A stretch of DNA of 64,000 bases from the human T2T-CHM13v2.0 reference genome, Homo sapiens. Positions 19,231-35,150 of the stretch are shown in pieces. Under the pieces are notes generated by a model that was not told the DNA's origin, ran no database searches, and saw only the letters and a list, made by a program, of their open reading frames with translations. The stretch lies in NCBI RefSeq assembly GCF_009914755.1, contig NC_060933.1, one strand, 5' to 3'. The stretch's first letter is position 1. Each line of letters starts with the position of its first letter. The translations under genes were made by a program, and so were the position numbers.

Positions 19231-21095
19231 CACGTTATATTATTTAATTTTAAAGGCAAAAATACAGTTCTGTTTTGAACACCAAGATCAGACACAGCCC
19301 CCTACACAATGGTAAATACACACATTTGCATACACAGGAAATCAAAATACACAGCACAACAGGTCTCTGGGACATGAAAGCCGTCATCCTGGCTATGCAG
19401 AGCCCCTGCCCCTGGCAGTCAGCAGAGACCCTGTCCAGGCTGAAGGCCAGCACAGCATCTCCTTTACTGTCCTGTGCCACCTCTGCCCTCTCTGATCTTT
19501 CCCAAAGGCCAGTTCACACAGAGTCACCAGCAATAGGATACACAGAAACAGAAAAGGGCACGGCACATGACAACTTCGCGGTCATAACTCCCAGGAAAAG
19601 GAAATGCTCCCTGAACCCCCCAGCCCTGAAATCCCCAGTAAGGAAACAGGACCCGCGGCATCTCACGGACCAGGCAAACATCCAGGCCTAACTGTGCCCT
19701 GGCTGTGCCTTGGGCCCAGGTGAGCCCATGAGAGCACTACGTCAGCAAATGGGGGGAGCAGTATTTCCCTTGGTTCTAAGAATGAACCACATACTTGACA
19801 TGAATGAGAAGGTAACCAAAAAAAAAAAAAAAAAAAAAAAAAAAACAACAAGAAAAGGTAGAGTTTGGTTTTAAGAGTAAAATAACACAGAAGTTACCAC
19901 TCAGGGCATTTGTCTGATTTCTTTTAAGGCACTTTGGAAAAGTCAGGATCTGCGGACAGAAAGAGAGGCTTTCATTCTTCTTATTTCCCACAACTCCCTC
20001 TCAATGCAGTCATTTCTAGTTTTAATAATATCCTTGGTATAGAGTGGGGAACTGACAGAGAAATACTTTTTGCATAGTCCAGCTGCTTCTGCAATGGAAA
20101 ATAATTTTTAACCAATACAAAGGCTTCTGGAAAAAGAACCAAGTTAGCATCTGAGATGCGCAAAGCAGTAAAGGCACAGATAAGACTGGGGCCAGGCACC
20201 AGCTCAGCCTCCACACTGAGGGCTGGTACCCAGGAGGGCAGTGGTTTGGGGTCCGCCACGAGCACAAGGCTCAACCCTGGGATTAGGCAGCTGAGTCTTG
20301 GAACCTGAGCCCAGGCTGGACCTGGCAAAGGCGCTCAGTGGTAGGAGTGCCTTGTGTCATCTCATCCCAGGTGGCTCAATAGCTCCCAACAGAGGTGGGT
20401 TTGTGACAGACAGCCCTGTGGGTGGGAGCCTCAACTGGGGTGGGAGCACCTGTGAAAACCTGAGGTGGAACAGGAGGCTTTAGGCACCGAAGTTCTTGGG
20501 AGGGAGTTGGGGTGTGGGTTCGGCTGAACTTCTTTCTAGATCACTAATTAAAAGGCACATTCATGCTGGGGAATGGATAGTCTGTTTGACCCTGAGTGCC
20601 ACAGTCAAGTTTTAGGGGACAGGCAAGAGGCAAAGGAACAAAAAGGGAGACGAAGGAAGGAATGAGAAAGGCAGGGGAAAAGAGGAAGGAGGAAGAACTG
20701 GTAACAAAGGGTGGGCCACGGAGTGTGGCTAGCAGAGCCTCTGAGGGAGGTGGCCCCCACCAGAACAGAGGCTCCCTCTGCCTGGGGAGGTGCAAAGGGC
20801 TGGTAAACAACCTGACTGCTGTTATTTACAACCCCCCAGCCTAGGGGCCTGAGGGGTCAGTCTAAGGAGGCTGAGGCTCCCTCCGCCCTGCCCACCTGGG
20901 GAGGGTTGGGGAAGTGGAGAGTTCTGCACAGTAGGTGCAGAGGCTTCTGTCTCCCAGGTATCCTCCCCGAGGTCTGGCAGGATAATGCTGACCGGGAGGC
21001 CTTACCTGCCAAGGGGCCAGAGGGTGATTTTGCTCTTGAGAAAACCTGGCCTGCCAGCTAAATCATAGGCCTATTTGTGGCCACTACAGCATATA

Positions 21096-21101
21096 TTTAT
21101 T
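21096..21101 (-). terminator. Candidate proximal polyadenylation signal AATAAA
   Basis: Plus-strand TTTATT ~920 nt after the stop codon, downstream of an AU-rich block. Confidence 0.5.
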
Positions 21102-22020
21102 TTTCTCCCTAAAAAATGCTCAATACCCCTCCCCATATTTAAAACACCACAATAAAAATACATAGGAAATTCAAGTTTACATAGCATGCCAAGAAAAATA
21201 AATTGTCATGACTTAACATTAAACAGCTATGCAAATTTGGATCAACACAAAATCAAGCTAGATCATAATTAGAACTCGATCTGTTCTTTCTTTAAAATAC
21301 TACAAACTACTATTTAAAAAAAAACACAACAACTTTACATTCAGAAATCAGACAATCTGGAGATAGGCCACTGAATGCGAGAAACCCAAGGCTTTTGCTC
21401 TGATGCTAGAGTTGCCCTGGAATCCACACACATAGGACAAAAGGTCCAGGGCTCAAGTTTTAAAATCCTTTTGCTAAGAAAAGACATATGCACAGTGATT
21501 GCAGTGGTTGCATACCACTGAAAGAAGGGGGTGGGGGGAGGACGTAACATTAAGAATGGTTGAAATTTTGTGTTTTTCTGTTAAATTACAACTACCAAAA
21601 AGATCACACCAATCCAATTTTAGCAGCACTCTCCGAATTTTCACGAATAAGAAAACCATAATTTAAAGAAAAATTCTAACCTATTTCACGACAATTTAGC
21701 AATTCTATCACCGGGAATGTGTTCCACGGCCACCAAATTTTGGGATGTGTACAGTTCTGACTCTTGGGTGACACTGCGAACACATCAAGAAACCCGCAAA
21801 GGCATAAACACCTTGCAGAGCTAAGAATTCACATGCCGAGCCAAGTTGGGGGCAAAATATCCCACTCGTCCTGGTCATCTGGAAAGCCATCTGAATGATG
21901 AGCGAAGGGGACCTGTCACTCAGACTGGTAAAAATGAGAGGGACCAGCCCAGCAGATTGGCAGAGACACACAGCAGAGGTCCCTGGCTAATTTCAGGTCT
22001 CTTATCCGTGTACCAAAACG

Positions 22021-22153
22021 CTAGCTCGGTGTCCCGATGTCCACTGTGATTTGGGTATACAATGGGTATCTCTGTACATCCAGCACCTGGTAGGTGAGTG
22101 AGTTCAAACCATCAGAGAGCATTGTCTCCTTTGTGTGTGCAATTCGGTCAAAC
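22021..22153 (-). CDS. B4GALT1: B4GALT1 exon 6 coding part (133 nt; FDRIAHTKETMLSDGLNSLTYQVLDVQRYPLYTQITVDIGTPS*)
   Basis: Acceptor TTGTAG|GTTTGA. TAG stop at 22021-22023. DGLNSL motif present. Confidence 0.98.
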
Positions 22154-22340
22154 CTACAAGGAAAAGAGCACAAGGAGATTGTCTTAAAACAAAAATCTTA
22201 AGAAGAAATCATCACACGTACTTCCTCCTCCCTCTCCACTGTAACCTGACCACCTCAATTTCCCTCTAGGCCCAGAGCCTCGGACCTGCAGCCTACCTCA
22301 TCCTAAAGGGGGAAGGAGTATGAATAAACAAAGAATGCAC

Positions 22341-22445
22341 CTCTGAGGATTGGGTTCATTTTTCTTGTCTCTTGAGTGGCGGATCATGCGACACCTCCCG
22401 ACCACAGCATTTGGGCGAGATATAGACATGCCTCTAAAAACTAAT
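22341..22445 (-). CDS. B4GALT1: B4GALT1 exon 5 (105 nt; LVFRGMSISRPNAVVGRCRMIRHSRDKKNEPNPQ)
   Basis: Acceptor TTGCAG|ATTAGT, donor CAGAG|GTGCAT. Codon 352 is AAT (Asn, the common allele). Confidence 0.97.
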
Positions 22446-24559
22446 CTGCAAAGAGTAAAGGGAAAGTCATTATCACAGAGCTGCCATACACTTGGCCTGA
22501 GAGCCCCGGCTGCAAGACTGTTGCTCCATCCACCATCACCCTTGCTGTTCTCACTCAGCCCACAACCCAGCATCATGCCAGAACCCAGCCCAGCATGACC
22601 CTGGTTAAAACTCACATTCCGACTCCATGTCCTTTTACAACTGGTTCTGCGGTTTGTGGTGTTGACTACCATGTGCCAGACACTGGGGCCGTGTGCCCCA
22701 CAGAATATACAGTGTGAATGCTTCAAACATAGGGCCTTTAGGGCCAGGATGGAGGTGAGAAGAGGAAGATGAGGTTGGAGACACAGAGGAAGAAGCATAG
22801 AGTTTGTAACCTCTGCTGGAGCAAGCCTAGGCAGAGCCCAGTTGAGGATGAACAGGTATCTGCCATAGCATTTTGGGCAGCCAGGATGGCACAGGCAAAG
22901 GCATGGAAGTGAGAGCAAGCCTAGTGCCCTCAGGGAGCAACGTAAGCTCCTGGGGACTGGTGACAAGGGTCTGGGGTAGGACGTGGCAGGTGATGGGCTG
23001 AAAAGGGCCAGGCTAAGTCACAGAGGCCTTCTCAGAGCATCCCACAAACGGTTGCCAGTATCTGAAAGGGGCCTAATATACAGTATTTCCAAAATGCTTT
23101 TAGCCATGGGGAAGTCTCTCTGGAAAGTAGTATACGAATGGAGGGCTTCAGAACATGTGGGAAAAGGCAGAAAAAAACAAATGGAGGGCTGAGAACAAGA
23201 CTAGAGGCAGCCAGAACAGGGTGGAGGATTCTGTGTTGGTCCAAGGAAAAGGAATGAGGACCAAAATGAAAGCCTGGAGAGCAGGACAGCAAAGTTAGTT
23301 AAGAGGCAGAACTGGCTGATCCCAGACCACTTAAACATTCCTGGCCTTGCCTGGCACACAGTAAGTGGTGCATAGAAAGTGTTAGGTCCTTTATCTTTCA
23401 AGAAAGTTGCTCCACACACCACCCATCCTTCTAGTGCCACTGCGTTAGCATGGGACTAGATGCCTGCGGATGCTCCCTCCCTCCCCAGCTGTTCTGACCA
23501 TTCAGACCTGTGGTATCCTGTCGGCCCTGCACACTGTCATATCAGTCCAGAGTGTCTGCCCAGGAGTGCCTCTGTGGAAGCAGGCTTGCTTCTGTCTGGA
23601 CCCTATGTCCAGGTTTTCAGTGTCCTGGGCCTGCCTGGCACAGTGCTCTGTATGCAGCAGATGTTCAATGTGCACACACTTGATACCCCATCTACATACT
23701 AAAACTGGAGTTTCCTTCAAGGCTTATATTGAAGACTTGGGTCTCTGTTAAGTTTGCACACAATGGTAACTTGAATGACTTGGGTGTTGCTCTGACAGAC
23801 ACCTTCTGTTAACTGGTACTGCAATTTAGAAAGGCTGCACCAGGGTGTATTCTGATATTAAACTCAGTAATGAGCTCAGACTGGCTCCTGGAGGGAGAAG
23901 GTGCTCATCGGTGGCTGGTGGGGTTGAAGCCTCTACAGCCAGAGGACTGAGCAGAATGTTCTTTCAAATGCTACTGATAGATGTTTTTTACCACTGTAAA
24001 TGACAACCCACATCATAATGATTTACCAGCTTAAAAAGAGCCCCAGGATGTGGATGGGACAGAACTGACCATGCCATAATGGTTGCTGGGGCTGGATAGG
24101 TCCTCAAAGGTTTATTATACTACAGTGTCTCTTTTGTATATGTGAAAATACTCCAAAATAAAAATATAACACAAAGCTTCTGTGAAGACAGTTAGGATTC
24201 TGCTCAAGGAAACTTGTTTCACAGTGAAAGGGGACCATAATGAAAGGAGGGATTTTTACAAAGGACATTGGTTTACTCCTTGAGTACAAAACGGCATGCA
24301 GCAAGTCAAAGTAAACTTGCCCCGTCACTTGGTTCCCATTTGACATTTTTCCAGGCCAATACAAAAATCTCAGAAACTCATTTTCCTACAGATCCCTTTT
24401 AGCACCTGCAGGACCTGTAGGAAGCCACACCTAAGAATGTGGGCTGACTAGGGGTGCATCCCATCTGAGGGTCAGTCCTTGGGGAACAACCAAGCATTGG
24501 TTAAAAAACTGGAAGTGAAGGTTGACAGAGGAGAAAGATATCTAAGTTATGACCATTAC

Positions 24560-24682
24560 CTGTTAAAAATGTCATCATCTTCTCCTCCCCAGCCCCAATA
24601 ATTATTAGGAAATCCATTGATGGTTAGAAACTGTTGTTTACTTAGAGCAGAGACACCTCCAAAATACTGAACATAAGGTAGG
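24560..24682 (-). CDS. B4GALT1: B4GALT1 exon 4 (123 nt; LPYVQYFGGVSALSKQQFLTINGFPNNYWGWGGEDDDIFN)
   Basis: Read directly from the minus strand (not in the ORF track). Acceptor CTCCAG|CCTACC, donor AACAG|GTAATG. Contains the WGWGGEDDD GT7 signature. Confidence 0.98.
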
Positions 24683-24774
24683 CTGGAGGAAAAACATACA
24701 CACAGAAGGAGCAGTGGTTAGTTAAGTTCTGACATCCCCAAAATAAAGCTTGCTGAGAACATAAACACTTTTAA

Positions 24775-25396
<622 letters not shown>

Positions 25397-26948
25397 TAAA
25401 GCTTTTTTGATGGTGGGTGGGGTGGGAGGGAGCAGTTACAAGGGTTTTGTCTGTTTTGCTTTTCTATCAGGGCTCAGATGACCTTAAATTAGACACAGAT
25501 ATCAAAAAGTATGATCTTCCTCTTTCTACAACACAGTGCTGTTTCTGTGGTTATGTAGAAAGCCAGTCAGTGACAAGAGCAGGCCTAGGCCCAGTTCTTC
25601 CTGAGTGGCTCAGGAATCTGCTTCTCCTGTGCTCTGTTCCCGCACATGAAGTCCTTATCCAGGAACTCCTGGAATCTGAGATTGTTTCAGAGCCTCTCTG
25701 TACCCACCCAGTCACAGCCCCCCTTCCACACCCATCCTATCGACCAATCCAGCTTTCATGCTTCCAAAGGCATACTGACTAGAACACTGGCCCTAACAGT
25801 TGAGGCAGTGTTTCTGAAAATTTGCTAAAATAAAACTTCTTTGAAACTTCAGACTTTATCCTGATTTAGCAAAATGTATAATGATGAACTTATGTTTTAA
25901 CATATTTTCAAGTAGTAGAGCATCTGGGCTCTCATCCTTCCAAAACTTTTTGTATTTTAATATTTCAGTGGTTATGAATTGTGAACTCCTAAGGGATACA
26001 AAGTCAGCACTGATGAGAAATGTCAAGAATCAGGACGTGCCCCAAAGCCTTCCTGTGGGTTCTCTAAAGGCTGTGGTTTTGTGTGACTCTGAGTGCAGCT
26101 CCAAACCACACCCAGCTCTTTCTGGAATCCAAAAAGACCAAACCCATCACATAAATTAAGGAAAACTCTAACTCAGACTTTGAGGGGGAAGTCAGCCAAA
26201 CCATACAGAACATATGAAAATAAAGATGCAATTATTATTTTCAAATATATTCAGGAATTCTGACTGTAAGGATCCTCAAGCAAAGGTCCCCAGGGGGTCT
26301 GCTTTAATGAACCTATTCGTAATTAGGTGTCATCACTTAGGTGCCGAGTCATCCACCTTTGGCACACCTCATACTACTGTCCACATTATTAATGTGAGGG
26401 TTTGAACCAAAGGTGGCCAGGCCAATAAGGTTTTCTGATAATCAGTGCTTTTACAGAAATGGATTCTTAGCTATTTCAGAGGGAAGTACATGCCAAGCTG
26501 ACATGATTTGGTTTTGCTGTCTCTGCTGCTTTCTCTTCCCTATCTGCCCCAAGCCCAAACCTGCCAGGCTCCTTGTGAAACAAACATGGTGCTGTGGCAA
26601 AGAATTAGGGCATCACGGGCCCCTTCCTTGTTCACCACTGTGCTTCAAGGGATGAATCAAGAGGGGTCAGGGTATAAACCTGTGTGTTTCAAGAGAAGAA
26701 GATACACACACGGAGAGGGAGGAAGGGTGAAAGCGGGGACGGAAGGGTATAGAAGGATTTCTGAAGAGTCTAAAAGTAAGGTTACATTCAAATTTTCCTC
26801 CCTTTAAGACAAGAAGTTAGGATTTTTGATCTGGGAGAAGGACTTCATACATTCCTATATTCCCATCACAGCTCTCATGCTCCCAGCAAGGGAGGACAGG
26901 AAGAAATGATGAGAATAAAATGAGTCTGACAGAAAGCTGTTGCATCTC

Positions 26949-27316
<368 letters not shown>

Positions 27317-27426
27317 CTAGTCAGCCTAAACCAGGGGTACCCAACATAGAGGGTACCTGCAGCACAGCTCCTGGATCTTCAGATTCACTTAAAGCAAGGA
27401 AGGAAAGGGTTTTGTTATTCAACTGA

Positions 27427-27817
<391 letters not shown>

Positions 27818-28005
27818 TAAGACAAAAAATGGACTATAAGGCCATTTTCCACCAATGACAATATGCTTTGGATAATACGCTAGTCGGGCATCTGGGCTGG
27901 CCACTTCACTAGGGGCATTTTGGTGGAAAAATTTGGGCTTTGTATTTAAGCAGAAGTTTGTGCCCTGCTGGAAAACAGAATCACATTCCTTCTTATAGGG
28001 CCAAG

Positions 28006-28300
28006 GGCGGGAGCAGTGGTTCACACCTGTAATCCCAATGCTTTGGAAGGCTGAGGTGAGAGGATCACTTGAGCCCAAGAGTTCAAGCCCAGCTTGGGCA
28101 ACATAGCCAGACCTCATCTCCACTAAAAATAAAAAATTAGCTGGACATGCTGGCTCATGCCTGTAGTCCCAACTACTCAGGAGGCTGAGGCTGCAGGATG
28201 GATTGAGCCCAGGCAGTCAAGGCTGCAGTGAGCCATGATTGTGTCACTGCACTCCAGCCTGGGTGACAGAGCAAGACCCTGTCTCAAAAACAAAACAAAA
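28006..28300 (+). mobile_element. AluJ-like
   Basis: Dimeric Alu. Confidence 0.85.
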
Positions 28301-28459
28301 CAGGCCAAGGAACATCTGCTGAGGTATACAAGCTAAATAATTCAGTGGGGGAAAACTATTCCAATTTACTTTCCAAAACTTGTGGGGCAGGAGAAAGAAA
28401 AAAGCAAGAAAATACAGTATCATTTGGAGCTTAAAGATGAGAGCCCCTCCCAAATGCTA

Positions 28460-28843
<384 letters not shown>

Positions 28844-28988
28844 TCAACTAATACAAAGCACCCATTTCTCAGAGGAGGCATTCTGCTCCAGAGCTTAAAG
28901 AGGCACTCTTGAGCTGCCAGGACTGCATTTCCTAGTCAACACATGAGAGAGACATGTTTACCACAGATTCTGACTGAGTATCTCTTAC

Positions 28989-29176
28989 CTGAATCCAAAC
29001 TTATCCATTGCAACGGAAATGTGCCGTGGCTGTGAAAAACACCTGTACGCATTATGGTCATTCATTGGAATGAGGTCCACGTCACTAAACACAAAGCAGG
29101 TGTAGTCATAGTCCTTCAAGGCTTCTTGAAAGCCAACATTGAGGAGCTTAGCACGATTGAATATAGTGTCTCCCGC
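28989..29176 (-). CDS. B4GALT1: B4GALT1 exon 3 (188 nt; AGDTIFNRAKLLNVGFQEALKDYDYTCFVFSDVDLIPMNDHNAYRCFSQPRHISVAMDKFGF)
   Basis: Acceptor GCACCAG|GCGGGA, donor TTCAG|GTAAGA. Contains FNRAKLLNVG and the metal-binding DVD (DXD) motif. Confidence 0.98.
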
Positions 29177-29738
29177 CTGGTGCAGAAACAAAAACAGTGA
29201 TATCAAATGCCTTAAAGCCTTTGGGCCAAACACTCACAGGGACTGGTGACTTGTCCACTACACATGGTCACTAGGAAACTCTTGGGCCTCACTTTTCTGC
29301 CGTCACTCTACAATCAACACAGAGTACCAAAACCTCCGAGTCAGCAATTCCCCTCTAGAAATATATCCTGCAGAAGGACTTGCATGTGTGTGAATGACTA
29401 TGAACAACATTGTCACTGTGGAATGTTCATCATAACAAAAGACTGCAAAAAACAGAATAATCAGTAGGGAACTGGTTCAATAAATCATAGTACATCCATA
29501 CAATGGAATGGAACTGTTAAAAAGAGGCAGCTCTAAAAGGAAAGGTGAAAAAGGCATTTAAACACATACATCATTTATTTATACACACTATAAATAAACT
29601 CCAGGAAAGGTATCCAGGAAACTGGTGACATTAGTTGGGTACCTATGGGACTTTTCACTTCTACCTTCCTTATATGGTTGACTGAGGTTTGATGACCACA
29701 TTGTGTGCCTTCCATCTACCTGTCAAGCACAAACCTAG

Positions 29739-30215
<477 letters not shown>

Positions 30216-30802
30216 TATGTTTTATTTGTTTTCTTTCAGTAAGAATGTAAGCTCAATGAAGGTTAGGATGTTTTGTTTTTTTTATTCACCCAGTTCCTTG
30301 AAGACTGCTTCTCACACAATAAGAGCTCAACAAATAGTTGCTGGTTGGCTGAATGAATGAATGAATGAATGGGGTTCAACATACAATGGCAGATGGTGAT
30401 CCCTTCTGGGAAGCTCGACCAAAGAGCCCTGTGAGGGGTCACCACAGGGATCACATTGTGGGGTAGAGTTGGGAATCTGGTCTTATCAATTCCCATGGCC
30501 CCAGGTTAGTAAGGACAAACCTAGCACTGACATTGCCACGCCTCACTCTCAGCAGTTCACAAAGCCTCCTGCACACATGCTGTTATCCTAACCAGAATCT
30601 TCACAACACCAACATGAGGAAACGAACTAAGGCCCAATACTTTGGAATCCTCATTCAATGCTCTTTCCCATCTCTCTTGGGATCAACATAGTCAGAGCCC
30701 TCTACTTTGGGGAAAAAGTGTGTCATAGGGGCTTGCGACTGGTACACAATCTCAAAAGTGGGATGCTCAAAGTCTTCTCTCCATGCCCTCAAAAGATGAC
30801 CT

Positions 30803-31098
30803 GGGCTGGGCATGGTGGCTCACACCTGTAATCCTAACACTTGGGAGGCCAAGGTGGGCAGATCACTTGAGTCTAGGAGCTCGAGACCAGCCTGAGCAAC
30901 ATGGTGAGACTCTGCCTCTACAAAAAATTACAAAAATTAGCCAGGCATGGTGGTCCCTAGTACTCTGGAGGCTGAGGTAGGAGGCTCAACTGATCCCAGG
31001 GAGGTTGAGGTTGCAGTGAGCCATGACGGCACCACTGCACTCCAGCCTGGGCGGCAGAGTGAGACCCCCATCTCAAAAAAATAAATAAATAAATAAAA
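30803..31098 (+). mobile_element. AluJ-like with (AAAT)n tail
   Basis: Dimeric Alu. Confidence 0.85.
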
Positions 31099-31425
31099 CC
31101 AAGACCTGGAAACTGGCACTCCAAAAGGCTGCCTGTGTGCGTACAGAATGCACAGATGTGCCACAGCCACCCAGACTCAGGTGGGGAACTCGGGGAAGCA
31201 AACCACTTACAGAAAGAGAGGCACCAGAAAGAGAATCAAGGAAACATTTTACACACAAGAGCTCCTTTTTTAAAGCCTCTGACAAAGTTTTCTAACCCCG
31301 CGTGGTGAGTGAAGGAGCCCAAAGGCACACTGTGTTTTTTGGCTGTCCCACAGGCTGAGTTGATTTGGAATTCTGCGTTCAGCTAATTCTGTGTAAGTCA
31401 TGGGTTCAAAGAAATTCAAAGTTTA

Positions 31426-31908
<483 letters not shown>

Positions 31909-33050
31909 TTATTATAATATACTGTGAATATTCACTGGTGGGGATACCGTACACAAGGCATGGATAAGTGTTTCAAATGGCATTTCATTTAATCATCTTG
32001 ACAATCTTGTAACAACCCTCACCCCAACCCAGACTTACACTGTCAAACACAATTCAGCCCCGTTGAGCACTTTCCAACAAGCAAAGGGAGGTATACCAAC
32101 AGAGCCTTTCTACATCTATGCACTAGACCCCCAGGGCTGCCCAGCCCAGGACAATGCTCCCTTCTCTTGGTACACTCCCCAACAACTGCGGCAGAGGGCT
32201 CTTTGAGGCCATGTCTCTACCATAGGACTGGGCCTACTGGCCTTGGCTGTTTGATCTAAGCAGAGGCCTAACTGAGACTGAACTAAGCATTTTTCCTCTC
32301 CCAGGAATTGGAATTTTGGAACCACGAATGAGCACCTCTGCAGCCAAGGCCCATGAGCAATGGCACCCTGGAGGAGAAGCCCAAGAAGCAGACCTGGTTC
32401 CAGCCCCTTTCACCGCCCGGGGTGCCACGGCCCTTTCAACGTGGTGAGATGCCCCAGTGTCCGGCCCAGACTTAAAATTGGTCAGGCAGTTTTCCAAAAT
32501 AACCTGAACTATATATCCCTCCCTTTCTCCCTCATCCCAGCCTGGCCTCATCTGTGGGATGCAGTGAGACGGAAGGGCATGGTGCACTTTAGCAGGTGCT
32601 ATCACCTATCAGGGGCCGTGGGTACACCAGGCCAGCAGAACAGTGGAGGAGGAAAGTGTCCTCCCCGGAATGACAGAAAAGTCAAGCATTTTCTAGGCTG
32701 CTTTGGGTGAAATGCTGTAACACCGGGGCACACACCTTCTTTGATAAGAAAGACAGGCCCTGGCAAGCTCACCAAGCCCCACCACTCACAAGAGGCGGGA
32801 AGACGCCCAGCTTCACTCCTGCCCTCCTCACTGAGCACACTCATCGGTACCTCTGCCCCTCCATTTGCTCAAGTAAACACTGATCAAGCACCAAATACAC
32901 CACAGTGACAGACACATGCATTTTTAATCCCAGGAATGCTGGCTTCTTTATTTATTAGCTATGTGACTTGGGGTACATCACACCTCCAGGCCTCAGTTCC
33001 CTCTTTTGTGTTATGGGGAGAGCATGTGCATTGTATTAAATGAGACAACA

Positions 33051-33589
33051 TTGTCTACCAACATAAGATTAGGTCCACCCTTTAAAAGCTGGGTTTTTCA
33101 GAATTAAGAAGACCCAGCCCGGGGAGGCTGAGGTTGCAGTGAGCCATGACAGCACCACCGCACTCCAACCTGGGTGACAGAGACCCCATCTCAAAAATGG
33201 GGCCCCACTGCCTGACAACAAATGTTGGCTACTATCATTACAGGAAGAGGCTTTCCCATCCATCTTGAACAGTCAGACCATTCCAAATGTCTCTTAGATA
33301 TCCTACCTGGAGACTCTGCCTTCTGTAGTGTTTGCTTCAAAATTCCTCCCAAATCCTGCTTCTCTGATGAATGGGAAATTACTAAAAACATTTAAGGCTC
33401 AAGGGAATTAGCCTGTGGCTTACATGATTAGAGTCTCTCACAGCAGAAGAGAGTCAGGGGGACCTCTGGAGGCCTGTGAAATGCGTAGGAAGTCACGCTT
33501 GGTGAAGAGAAGCCAGCATGCTGGGTGCAGGTGTCCCTTTCAAAGACGCAGCTTTTAAAGGGCGGGCCTAATCTTATGTTGGTAGACAA
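33051..33589. repeat. 41-bp inverted repeat (33051-33091 / 33549-33589), 39/41 identical
   Basis: TTGTCTACCAACATAAGATTAGGTCCACCCTTTAAAAGCTG versus the reverse complement of the second arm. Confidence 0.9.
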
Positions 33590-35150
33590 GAGTTACAGTT
33601 ATCCCTTCCTTCTAGGTCAACTGGCTGCTTTTAGAAGGAGAAGACAGGCCCCCAAAAGAAAGGCCAGAAAACATATAAAATCCCCAAATGATTGAGCAGA
33701 GACTGCCACAAGATGGGGACTGGAGACAGCAGACAGAATCGACCAGACATAGACTCTGGAGGCGGTGCTGGGAGAGAAGGCATCTGTAGGAGCAGAGAAA
33801 AGCATGCATGGTGAGAGCATTTGTAAAGGCGGTAAGGAAAAGAGAACAGCCAAGGAACTACAAGAAATTCCGAATGAGTGAAGCCAGAATGAAACATGAA
33901 GGCAGCGATGAGCCAAATCACCGAGGCTGGGGAGAAGGGTTAGGTGCTTGTTAAGATACTTAAGCTTTATCTTTATTTAGGCCACAGGGAGCCTTAAACC
34001 ATGGTTTATATGTCAAGGAGGGATTTGTGCCCCAATCCAACTGAAGGCAAGGAGACCAGTTAGGAAGCTGTTGTATGATTCCTATGAGGCAACAACCGTG
34101 GGTAAGCAGACAGTGCCTCCCCCAAGGGCCAAAGGCAGGGGCTCCACTTCCACTTCCATGCCCCACCTGCTCCCTGTGTATGTGCACTACACTTGCAAGC
34201 AGCCTTTGTAGGGGCGGGGCGAGAGGTTCAGGACAGGTGCTAGAATCTGGTCTAATCCCCAAGAAAATCCTAACTGTGGTTAAGGAAGGCAAGTGTGGCC
34301 TTCCCCTGATTGCAACAGGGGACAGATGACCAACTACAGAAAGCCAAGGGCCACTCTTGTCCAAGTCCCAACAGCTTCTGGAAGAACTGTTCTGTCCAAT
34401 CACCCTGCCTTCCCTGGATGTCAGGTCCATGTGTGTATATCAGCAGACACATCCCTTATCCATAATGGCTTAGGGACCAACTGTGCCCAGCCTCTCCTGC
34501 ACCACAAGACACAGCAGCAACATGGCTGGAACCATTAACCCAAAGCCAAGACTCGCAATGAGTCAGAACTTCTACGTGATAAGAGAGACACTGTTGCTCC
34601 TATACACATGCCCTGGCTCATCACAGAGCCACACCCCTCCCCACCATGCAAGAACGCAGCACTAAGCTCTCAACAGGACAGATCCGGGGGCAGGTCTGCA
34701 GCCAGTGGCAATGTTTGCTGAAACACCCTCTGTATGCTTTTCTGTGACCACTGAGACAGTAAGAGGAAGGAACTAGGCCGAGTGGGTTGCATGAAACAGT
34801 AACAGATCAGCGGCAGCAGAAGCTCTGACGGGGCATTCCTATAGGCCTAAGTGTGGATCCTGGAACAGTGGACAGGCTGGGAGATGATCCCCAGAGAATT
34901 ACTGGAAAGAGCCTGGGATTATACAAATGCTGAGTTTGTGGAGGGCTAATAATATCTACTCAGCCATGAGTTCACAGCAGTTGGGCTCTAGTTTTGCTTT
35001 TGTTGTTGTTGTTTTTTTGCAGGGGAGACAGGGTCTCGCCATGTTGCCCAGGCTGGCCTTGAGCTCCTGGACTCCAGCAATCTTCTCACCTCAGCCTCTT
35101 GAGAAGCTGGGACTGTTAGCACATGCCACCACGCCCAGCTGGGCTCTAGT

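Larger units (their letters stand above)
19205..22020 (-). other. B4GALT1: B4GALT1 3'UTR (~2.8 kb)
   Basis: Repeat-poor stretch from the stop codon to the AATAAA at 19225-19230 (minus). The length fits the ~4 kb mRNA; the exact cleavage site is estimated. Confidence 0.85.

Noticed and set aside
22349-22351. Possible B4GALT1 N352S variant
   Set aside because: The codon reads AAT (Asn), so the variant is absent.
22298-22966. 222-aa ORF
   Set aside because: Only 22341-22445 (exon 5) is B4GALT1; the rest is intron that happens to be in frame.
33051-33589. Novel MITE interpretation of the inverted repeat
   Set aside because: No TSD and no recognisable transposon termini; kept only as a rearrangement-scar finding.
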